Of a stretch of DNA of 32,000 bases, positions 20,744 to 28,181 are shown in pieces. The stretch is from a cyanobacterium endosymbiont of Braarudosphaera bigelowii (lineage in GTDB: Bacteria; Cyanobacteriota; Cyanobacteriia; Cyanobacteriales; Microcystaceae), in NCBI RefSeq assembly GCF_020885515.1, contig NZ_AP024987.1:1050001-1082000 (forward strand). Reading direction: 5' to 3'. Within the stretch, counting starts at the first letter, position 1, and each line of letters opens with the position of its first letter. The notes below the pieces were generated by a model that was given only the letters and a program-made list of their open reading frames with translations, did not search any database and was not told the origin of the DNA. The translations under genes and the position numbers were made by a program.

Positions 20744-21163
20744 TTAATTTTCTTCATGTGTGCGAGGGCAAGTCTCTAAATCTTCAGCAGAAGATTGTAT
20801 AGGATTTAATCCAATCCAGTTATTAATAGTATCTTGTTCGAAACCTGCGTTATAAGTCTGACCAACTTGAATTAAGGGTCGACGAATTAACAAAGGATCA
20901 GCTACCATAAGCTCTAGGATATTCCTTCCATCAGCGTTAGTAAAATTTTTTGGGATAATTTCGCCTGATTTAATTCTTGGTGCACTATGGTTGAACCATA
21001 AAGTTTGAGGAAGATCTTTAAAAAATAAATATAACTTATCTATTGTCCAAGATTCAGTCAAAATATTTTTAACGTCTAGCTCATGACCTGCGGCAATAAG
21101 TAAATTTTTCTGCTTTGTATTATTGCGACAGCCTGGTTTCTCATAAAATATAATTTTAGCCAT
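20744..21163 (-). CDS. ArsC/Spx-family thioredoxin-fold protein (nitrogenase-associated protein type)
   Basis: 139 aa. The N-terminus IIFYEKPGCRNNTKQK..L..AGHE is typical of the ArsC family. Its position at the edge of the nif cluster matches the small 'nitrogenase-associated' ArsC-like family described in proteobacteria and Nostoc. Confidence 0.8.
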   Translation of the reverse strand: MAKIIFYEKPGCRNNTKQKNLLIAAGHELDVKNILTESWTIDKLYLFFKDLPQTLWFNHSAPRIKSGEIIPKNFTNADGRNILELMVADPLLIRRPLIQVGQTYNAGFEQDTINNWIGLNPIQSSAEDLETCPRTHEEN

Positions 21164-21265
21164 AAAATTATTCAGTGTATCTTGATTAATTTTTAAATAG
21201 TTTGTATATGTTAGAATTGTTACTCAGCAATACTTAAAGCTAGTTTAAAAAAGCTTTTAAAATAT

Positions 21266-21339
21266 TTTTTATAGCTTAGACTCTAAACTGTACCATAAAC
21301 TTATAATTCTAAACTGTATAGGATGATTTTTATAGCTTA
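21266..21339. repeat. Nested exact direct repeats (13-mer A ... 11-mer B ... B ... A) upstream of the ArsC-like gene
   Basis: A = tttttatagctta at 21266-21278 and 21327-21339. B = tctaaactgta at 21282-21292 and 21308-21318. All copies are in direct orientation, 103-176 nt upstream of the minus-strand start at 21163. Confidence 0.6.
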
Positions 21340-21530
21340 ATAAAATTGTTTTAAATCTTTAGTTTAATCTTATCAAAGTTTTTAATCTTTACTTTCTTGT
21401 TAAAAGATCTATGAATTAAGAATTAGGGTCTAATATAGACGCGGAAAGAGATGATGTTGATATTAGAGATAAAATACTACGTTGTTATAAAGTAGTTGAA
21501 TTTAAAAAACTTATCTAGGATTAATAATTT

Positions 21531-21575
21531 ATAAGACTGCAAGAACTTAACCTATTTAAGCTCTTGCAGTCTTGT
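21531..21575 (-). terminator. Strong hairpin 46 nt downstream of nifT; candidate terminator of the nifV-nifZ-nifT transcript
   Basis: aagactgcaaga (21533-21544) is the exact reverse complement of tcttgcagtctt (21562-21573). The stem continues inward with cttaa/ttaag after one mismatch, leaving a 5-nt loop cctat. The downstream minus-strand sequence is A/U-rich but not a clean U-tract. Confidence 0.5.
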
Positions 21576-21620
21576 AAATAATCAGTAATACTATCTAATG
21601 AAAGATAAAATCTAACTATT

Positions 21621-21827
21621 CTATTCATCTGGTAGACGTTTTGCATCAAAAGTTTGAGGCAAATGTGTTTCATCATTAAGGTTATCAATTTGTAGTCTCC
21701 AACCATTTGCTAGAGTCAAAATTTTTCCGCTCCCTTCAACACTTTCTGAAACAACACCTTCTTCTAAATCTTTTTTGGGTACATAAATAGACAAGCTCCC
21801 AGCATCATTACGTAAAATGACCTTCAT
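21621..21827 (-). CDS. nifT: Nitrogen fixation protein NifT (FixU)
   Basis: 68 aa. MKVILRNDAGSLSIYVPKKDLEEGVV matches the conserved NifT N-terminus (M.R....G.L..YV.KKDLEE.VV). Confidence 0.92.
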   Translation of the reverse strand: MKVILRNDAGSLSIYVPKKDLEEGVVSESVEGSGKILTLANGWRLQIDNLNDETHLPQTFDAKRLPDE

Positions 21828-21917
21828 AAAACTACTCCAATTAGATAAATAATTAATATTTTGTGACTAAGCAATCAGCTATTCATCAAAACTACTGTAA
21901 AAGTAATTCTGTAGAAA

Positions 21918-22229
21918 TTAATTTTCTTCATTCTCTTTATCATCAGTATCATCGAAGAAAGTATCTTCAGCGGCGACTATTTCATTATAGCGACAGCCTA
22001 CAACAGAACCACTTTCCAAAAAATGAACAGCATAGATGTAATAGCTTTGAAGATAAGTACCAATACTAACAATATATCCCGTATCCCCTTTTTTAGCTAG
22101 ACTTTCTCCTACTTCTTTGCCAGGAAACGTTCCATCATTGCGAATCATTTTTCGAAGACGAACTTTTTGTTCTATTTCAAAAACTGGAGGATCATTAAGT
22201 TCGATTTCACCTGGATTATACAATCCCAT
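21918..22229 (-). CDS. nifZ: Nitrogen fixation protein NifZ
   Basis: 103 aa. The NifZ core is present: FEIEQKVRLRKMIRNDGTFPGKEVGESLAKKGDTGYIVSIGTYLQSYYIYAVHFLESGSVVGCRYNEI. The start overlaps the nifV 3' end by 14 nt, which suggests translational coupling. Confidence 0.9.
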   Translation of the reverse strand: MGLYNPGEIELNDPPVFEIEQKVRLRKMIRNDGTFPGKEVGESLAKKGDTGYIVSIGTYLQSYYIYAVHFLESGSVVGCRYNEIVAAEDTFFDDTDDKENEEN

Positions 22230-23364
22230 GAGATATTCTCCTATTTATTACTAAATCAAGTAGTTCTTCAATTGTTAGATTGCGTTTCATCTGTACAGAT
22301 AAATGACGAACAGCATCTAATATTTTTTGGGACTCTTCATAATCTATATTAATGCCATGTTGGCTTAATAAGTTTATCAACAAGCTTCGCCCCGAATGTT
22401 TACCAATTACTAAACGACGTTCCCAACCTATTTCTTCTGGAGCAAAAGGTTCATATGTCTGAGGATTTTTTAAAACTCCGTGAACATGAATGCCTGATTC
22501 ATGAGCAAATATGTTGTCCCCAACAATTGCTTTCCAAGGTGGAAGATTCATACCAGAGGCTTGAACAACTAGTTGAGATAATTCTCGTAAGCGAGAAGTA
22601 TTTATTGGTAAATTAATTTTGTATAGCTGCTTGAGAGCCATTACAATTTCTTCAAGAGCAGCATTGCCTGCTCGTTCCCCTAGTCCGTTAACTGTAGTAT
22701 TTACAGAAGTTGCTCCTGCTTGTAAACCTGCTAAAGCATTGGCAGTAGCTAAACCAAAATCATTGTGAGTATGCATTTCAACAGGAATAACGAGATTTTC
22801 AACTAATTTCTTTACTTTTTGGGTAGTAGTTAGAGGGCTAAGAATACCTACAGTATCACAGAAACGAAAACGGGAAGCTCCTAAATCTTGAGCATATTGA
22901 GCAAACTCTATTAAAAATGATTCGTTTGCACGTGAGGCATCTTCTGCACCAATAGAAACAAATAGTCCTTTGTCTAAAGCAAAATTGAGGCTACTTTTGA
23001 GTTTTTCCCAAACAGCTGTAGTTTTTCCGTCAAATTTTGCCTTAATTTGTATATCAGATACAGGAACGGCTATATGAACTCTTTTTAAGCCACAAGCGAT
23101 AGAGGCCTTTATATCTGAAATTACTGCACGATTCCATCCGAGAAGAGCAGTCTTCAATCCACTATTAACAATCTTAGTAATAGCTTCAGTTTCACTACCT
23201 CCCATTGCAGGAATTCCAACTTCTAGTTCAGGAATACCAATAATATCCATAAGAGATGCAATTGCAACTTTTTCGGCAACATTAAAAACTACTCCTGCCG
23301 CCTGTTCACCATCTCTTAAAGTTGTATCATTGATGTAGACATTACTCATGCATTTAATATTCAA
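22216..23364 (-). CDS. nifV: Homocitrate synthase NifV
   Basis: 382 aa. INDTTLRDGEQAAGV, FCDTVGIL.P, HTHNDFGLATANALAGLQAGA, NGLGERAGNAALEE. Located in the nif cluster upstream of nifZ-nifT. Confidence 0.93.
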   Translation of the reverse strand: MNIKCMSNVYINDTTLRDGEQAAGVVFNVAEKVAIASLMDIIGIPELEVGIPAMGGSETEAITKIVNSGLKTALLGWNRAVISDIKASIACGLKRVHIAVPVSDIQIKAKFDGKTTAVWEKLKSSLNFALDKGLFVSIGAEDASRANESFLIEFAQYAQDLGASRFRFCDTVGILSPLTTTQKVKKLVENLVIPVEMHTHNDFGLATANALAGLQAGATSVNTTVNGLGERAGNAALEEIVMALKQLYKINLPINTSRLRELSQLVVQASGMNLPPWKAIVGDNIFAHESGIHVHGVLKNPQTYEPFAPEEIGWERRLVIGKHSGRSLLINLLSQHGINIDYEESQKILDAVRHLSVQMKRNLTIEELLDLVINRRISHGIV

Positions 23365-23385
23365 GATTCTTAGACAAATCCTTTA

Positions 23386-23598
23386 TTAGGGTAATTGAAG
23401 ACAAACCTGGGCATCTAACCAATCCCAAATTAGTTGTAGCTGATTAGATGAGATCAAACCATATTGCCACAAAAGCATAGGGATTGGATCGTTCGGCTGA
23501 CGTTGGTTATTAAAGACAACAGATAAATCTTTTGAAGAAATAGCAATTTCCTGTTGTAGGAATTGTCTAAATTCTGTAGATATTAATTGTTTTTGCAT
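23386..23598 (-). CDS. Small conserved cyanobacterial protein (DUF2949-like), 22 nt upstream of nifV
   Basis: The track ORF is 98 aa from 23682. I prefer Met29 (ATG at 23598), giving 70 aa: MQKQLISTEFRQFLQQEIAISSKDLSVVFNNQRQPNDPIPMLLWQYGLISSNQLQLIWDWLDAQ.... The ..L..ELAIS......L........P.PM.LWQYGL......L..I.DWL. pattern matches my memory of DUF2949. Not verified. Confidence 0.6.
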   Translation of the reverse strand: MQKQLISTEFRQFLQQEIAISSKDLSVVFNNQRQPNDPIPMLLWQYGLISSNQLQLIWDWLDAQVCLQLP

Positions 23599-24055
23599 AA
23601 CAGTACTCAGAGTTAAGTTATTAATATTTTGACACCAACTAGAAAAGAAGCAAAGAGACTTAAGGTTAAAATAATAAATCATTCATAGGAATAAAATATT
23701 TTCTAATCAATAAATTTCTTCTGGTTATGAATAATAATTAAACTCTAAGACTTGGAATATTATTATTTTTCCAAATTGACTAATTTTTAGGCTAGCTAGA
23801 TTAAAAAATAACAATAATTAAGTCCTACTCTAATTATTTTATTAAGAAAGGTTCACTTAACGCATAAGCTGTAAAGTAAAATAACATAATCATAGTGCTT
23901 TACGTTAATACTAATTTATAAAAAGCCATTTTTTAAATATCTATAAAGGACTATTGATTGTTAATAACTTTAGTAAATTATGGGTTTGATCATAACAATA
24001 ATTGTTAACTGCTCAATCCGAATATTAAAACAATTAGACAAGAGCTTCCAATTTG

Positions 24056-24098
24056 AAAAACATTCTCACAATTATAAAGGAAAAGTGAGAATGTTTTT
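24056..24098. terminator. Orphan bidirectional terminator-like hairpin in the gene-free region upstream of nifB
   Basis: aaaaacattctcac (24056-24069) is the exact reverse complement of gtgagaatgttttt (24085-24098), with a 15-nt loop. The GC-containing core CATTCTCAC/GTGAGAATG is flanked by an A-run on the left and a T-run on the right, so either strand reads stem plus U-tract. No recognisable gene ends nearby on either strand. Confidence 0.4.
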
Positions 24099-24807
24099 TG
24101 TATCTTATGTATCTTTTTTCCTCATTTTTCAGATCTGGATTTAATGAAATTTTAATAATCTAAATTGTCAAATCAACGTTTAAATTACCAAAATAGCCTA
24201 GCTTATAAATTTTATACAGGAACTTATTTCAAATATGTTAACTGTTGTTTTCATGTTGATTCGATTTATGAAAAAACATAATGGACTAACTTTATTTGAA
24301 ATAATTAATCCTATAGCTTTAAGTCAAAATATTCAATCCGTTGACACTTTGATAAATATACTTCCAAGTAATTAGATTTAGTAGACCAAATATTGAGTAG
24401 AAAATAAAAAATCTACTTATAAGGCTAATGATTTGTTCAATACCAAGCATCATAAGAATTGAATAATGAGTATAAAAATACATGAATCTATTAATAAAAA
24501 TACTCAAGCTATCTTCAAAAAATACATGTACCTTACTCTTTACAAAAAAAAAATCTTTTAAAAACCTTGTGTGAAGTGAGTTTAAAAGTATGAGTGCATC
24601 CTAAGTATCATAATTAATTTCGATTCCTTCAAAGCAACCTGACGCATAATTGACGAATGATATAAATGTTTATAACGCCGAAAACATAAAGCTTGAAATC
24701 TGATTATCGTTGATTGTTTAATCTGTTAAGGTTTTAGACTGTTTTTCCTTAAAAACTTCTTTTACTATCTCCTACTTCCTTGTCACCCTTTAACTTCACG
24801 GAATTAA

Positions 24808-26277
24808 ATGCTACAAACTACTGGTTTGACTAATAATAACGCATCTATAGCCAACAAGACGAATTCTACAGAAACGTTATCTACTCCTAAAGCTAAGGAA
24901 AGCTGCGCTTGTCCTTCAACAGGAGACAAGCCACAACTAGATGCTAGTATTCAAGAACGTATTGCTAGGCACCCATGTTACAGCGAGGATGCCCATCATC
25001 ACTACGCAAGAATGCACGTTGCTGTCGCTCCTGCCTGCAATATCCAATGTAACTATTGTAACCGTAAATACGATTGTGCTAACGAAAGCCGTCCTGGCGT
25101 CGTTAGTGAAGTACTAACCCCAGAAGAGGCAGCCCATAAGGCTTTAGTTATTGGTGGCAAGATACCCCAAATGACAGTACTAGGAATTGCTGGTCCTGGG
25201 GATCCACTAGCTAATCCTAAGCAGACATTTCGTACCTTTGAGCTAGTTGCGGAGAAAGCTCCGGATATTAAACTCTGCTTGTCTAGTAACGGCTTGATGC
25301 TTCCTGAATATATAGATCGTATCAAAGAGCTGAATATCGACCATGTTACATTAACAATAAATATGGTTGATCCTGAAATTGGAGCTAAAATCTATCCTTG
25401 GGTTCGTTATAATCGTAAGCGTTACAAGGGAATAGAAGGTGTTAAGATCCTTCATGAAAAACAAATGGAGTCTCTTGATGCACTTAGAGAAGCAGATATT
25501 CTCTGTAAAGTTAACTCTGTAATGATACCAGGTATAAACGATGAGCATCTTGTAGAGGTAAACAGAGTTATTCAGTCGAAAGGTGCATTTCTTCATAACA
25601 TAATGCCTTTAATTTCTGCTCCTGAGCATGGTACTCATTTTGGTTTGACAGGTCAAAGAGGCCCTACTCCAAAAGAACTAAAAGCTCTTCAGGATAAGTG
25701 CTCGGGCAATATGAAAATGATGCGCCACTGTCGTCAGTGCCGTGCCGATGCTGTAGGATTGCTGGGAGAAGATCGTTCTCAAGAATTTACTAAAGATAAA
25801 TTTTTAGAGATGAAACCTGAATATGACCTAAAGCAGAGACAAGATGTTCATGCAAATATTGAGAAATTCACAGCCGAAGTGAATATGGCCAAGGCAGAAC
25901 AAAGTACTCAAAATGAGATAGACACGCCTACGATTTTAGTAGCGGTAGCAACTAAAGGCAATCGGCTCGTCAACCAGCACTTCGGTCATGCTACAGAGTT
26001 TCAAATTTTTGAAGTAAATGGTACTGATGTAAAATTCGTTGCTCATCGTAAAGTTGATCATTATTGTCAATCTGGTTATGGTGAAGAAACAAGCTTAGAT
26101 AGTATTATCAAATCTATTTCCGATTGCAAAGGAGTTCTAGCTTCTAAGATTGGTCTTTGTCCCCAAGAAGCGCTTCGAAAAGCCGGTCTGGAACCTTATG
26201 AAGCATATGACATTATTGATAATGTCGCTATTAATTTTTACAAAGAGTATATGCAAAAGCAAACTGTAGGAGTTTAA
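24808..26277 (+). CDS. nifB: Nitrogenase FeMo-cofactor biosynthesis radical-SAM protein NifB (with C-terminal NifX-like domain)
   Basis: 489 aa. [36 protein letters not shown] (radical SAM CxxxCxxC), [25 protein letters not shown]-terminal NifX/NafY-like [26 protein letters not shown]. Confidence 0.96.
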   Translation: MLQTTGLTNNNASIANKTNSTETLSTPKAKESCACPSTGDKPQLDASIQERIARHPCYSEDAHHHYARMHVAVAPACNIQCNYCNRKYDCANESRPGVVSEVLTPEEAAHKALVIGGKIPQMTVLGIAGPGDPLANPKQTFRTFELVAEKAPDIKLCLSSNGLMLPEYIDRIKELNIDHVTLTINMVDPEIGAKIYPWVRYNRKRYKGIEGVKILHEKQMESLDALREADILCKVNSVMIPGINDEHLVEVNRVIQSKGAFLHNIMPLISAPEHGTHFGLTGQRGPTPKELKALQDKCSGNMKMMRHCRQCRADAVGLLGEDRSQEFTKDKFLEMKPEYDLKQRQDVHANIEKFTAEVNMAKAEQSTQNEIDTPTILVAVATKGNRLVNQHFGHATEFQIFEVNGTDVKFVAHRKVDHYCQSGYGEETSLDSIIKSISDCKGVLASKIGLCPQEALRKAGLEPYEAYDIIDNVAINFYKEYMQKQTVGV

Positions 26278-26280
26278 AAC

Positions 26281-26763
26281 ATGAGCAACGTCTTAGACCA
26301 CTGCCTTCAGTTGAGTTACTTAATATTTACTAAGTCCTCCTCTGACACGTCATCGACTCAAATGGATAATAATTGCAAAAACTGTATTAATAATTATTCT
26401 ATTCCACCATGTACTGGCTTTTCTAAAGACTATAATTGCTCTTCTCCTGGTTTAAATACTTAATACTAAGTGATGGCTTCAAATTATAGTTATAAGTACA
26501 TCTACTACTAACACAGTGTAGTGATGGTAGTTCTCTAAAGACAAAAAAATACTATTTATCCAGAAGCATTGTACTTTACAGCAACTTCGTAAGTAGCTGA
26601 AAATCCTTTAGAAGTCTAGCAAAAACTAAGTTTCTTATACTGTTAGATTTCTCAAAGGATGGCGGACATTAGTAGTCTAAACACACGTAACAGACATTGG
26701 TGTAATTGCACCAAGATATTTAGAGAAATTTGGATAATACTTATTAATTACCTGAGGAGCTAA
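26281..26763 (+). pseudogene. fdxN: Decayed fdxN (nif-cluster 2[4Fe-4S] ferredoxin) remnant
   Basis: It occupies the slot fdxN holds between nifB and nifS. The 60-aa ORF (26281-26463) keeps C8 and C32-x2-C35-x8-C44. The positions expected for the remaining ligands read L11, L14, K18-S19 and S48-K49. In-frame stops follow at 26461, 26467, 26509, 26536, 26590, 26617 and 26644. A protein-like stretch in the same frame (26659-26763, ..RHWCNCTKIFREIW..) may be the former C-terminal tail. The 3' boundary is uncertain. Confidence 0.6.
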
Positions 26764-26896
26764 CTTTTCTTCCCGAAAACCCAGTAATGACAGATTAGAA
26801 GCAAGATATTCGGTCTTGAAACTATAGTTAATCTGGTAATTGTATGTAAATTCTCGATCTAGTTTCTGATTTTGTTAGATACATGGTAGGCAAATA

Positions 26897-28099
26897 ATGA
26901 AAGACTGTATATATTTAGATAATAATGCAACTACGCAAATAGACAGCGAAGTACTCTCAGAGATGATGCCTTACCTCAACTTCTATTATGGTAATCCATC
27001 TAGCATGCACTCTTTTGGTGGTCAAGTTGGAAAAGCTGTCCGTACAGGAAGAGAACAAGTCGCATCTCTGCTAGGTGCTGAGCCATCCGAAATCATTTTT
27101 ACAAGCTGTGGTACCGAAGGAGATAATGCGGCCATTAATGCTGCACTGATATCTCAAAAGAATAAGCGTCATATTATTACAACTGAAGTAGAACATCCAG
27201 CTATCCTAAGTCACTGTAAACAGCTTGAAAGACAAGGTTATCAGGTAACATACTTATCTGTAGATAAGTATGGTCAACTTGACCTAAATGAAGTCCAAGC
27301 ATCCTTAAATGGAAATACAGCACTAGTATCTATCATGTATGCTAATAACGAGACTGGTGTTATCTTTCCTATTGAAGAGATAGGTCAAATGGTTAAAGAG
27401 TATGGAGCCTTATTTCATGTAGATGCAGTACAGGCGGTAGGTAAAATACCTTTAAATATGAAAACAAGTACCATTGATATGCTAACTATATCTGGTCATA
27501 AGATTCATGCTCCGAAAGGAATAGGCGCTCTATATATTCGTAAAGGTGTACGTTTCCGCCCCCTCATAATTGGTGGACATCAAGAAAGAGGACGCCGAGG
27601 TGGTACAGAAAACGTAGCTGGAATAGCCGCTCTAGGTAAAGCAGCAGAGTTGGCTCAATTAAACCTATCTAATATACACGAAGAACGAGAGTTAAGAGAT
27701 TACTTAGAAAATACTATTTTAGACTTAATTCCTGATACTGTTGTTAACGGTGAAAGGACAAAAAGATTACCAAATACAACAAATATAGGTTTCAAATATA
27801 TAGAAGGAGAAGCAATTCTTTTATCTATTAATAAGTATGGTATTTGTGCCTCTTCTGGATCAGCATGTACTTCAGGTTCATTGGAGCCTTCTCATGTGCT
27901 AAGAGCTATGAAGGTACCTTATAGTGTACTTCACGGATCTATTCGTTTTAGTCTTTCACGATATACGACTAAAAGCGAAATTGATCGAGTAATAGAAATC
28001 CTACCAGATACGATTAGTCGCCTTCGTGCTATATCGCCTTTCAGCAGCGATAACTCTACTTGGTTACAGGAAATGGAAAAGGAAGCTTTAGCCAAATAG
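26897..28099 (+). CDS. nifS: Cysteine desulfurase NifS
   Basis: 400 aa. IYLDNNATT, GNPSS.H, FTSCGTEGDN, PLP-lysine motif SGHKIHAPKGIGALYIR, GGHQERGRRGGTENV, active-site SSGSACTSG. Located between nifB/fdxN and nifU. Confidence 0.95.
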   Translation: MKDCIYLDNNATTQIDSEVLSEMMPYLNFYYGNPSSMHSFGGQVGKAVRTGREQVASLLGAEPSEIIFTSCGTEGDNAAINAALISQKNKRHIITTEVEHPAILSHCKQLERQGYQVTYLSVDKYGQLDLNEVQASLNGNTALVSIMYANNETGVIFPIEEIGQMVKEYGALFHVDAVQAVGKIPLNMKTSTIDMLTISGHKIHAPKGIGALYIRKGVRFRPLIIGGHQERGRRGGTENVAGIAALGKAAELAQLNLSNIHEERELRDYLENTILDLIPDTVVNGERTKRLPNTTNIGFKYIEGEAILLSINKYGICASSGSACTSGSLEPSHVLRAMKVPYSVLHGSIRFSLSRYTTKSEIDRVIEILPDTISRLRAISPFSSDNSTWLQEMEKEALAK

Positions 28100-28181
28100 C
28101 TAAGAATGAAAACATTGAAGAAAGTATCTTTTTTCTCTAAAAATAACTAACAACCAATATTCAAATATATAGTAATCAATT

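Noticed and set aside
13301-21575. Idea that the hairpins at 13301-13340 and 21531-21575 belong to one repeat family (both contain ACAAGACT[A/G]CA)
   Set aside because: Only 8-11 nt are shared. My rough estimate gives a non-negligible chance probability. The loops and the rest of the stems differ, so I cannot support a family from two copies.
21521-21706. 61-aa minus-strand ORF overlapping nifT
   Set aside because: It is an alternative frame across the nifT 3' end and the terminator hairpin. The nifT frame is the conserved one.
21863-22352. Two plus-strand ORFs (21863-22069 and 22167-22352)
   Set aside because: Both are antisense to nifZ/nifV and have no motifs.
23980-24507. Short hydrophobic ORFs in the nifB-upstream gap (54 aa on plus, 23980-24144, spanning the hairpin; 62 aa on minus, 24319-24507)
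   Set aside because: My rough estimate is that about one ORF of this length is expected by chance in a gap of this size and composition. Neither has an RBS or a recognisable motif. They are kept only as a caveat to the 'gene-free' description.
25053-25596. Two minus-strand ORFs inside nifB (90 aa and 81 aa)
   Set aside because: Both are antisense to the strongly supported nifB frame.
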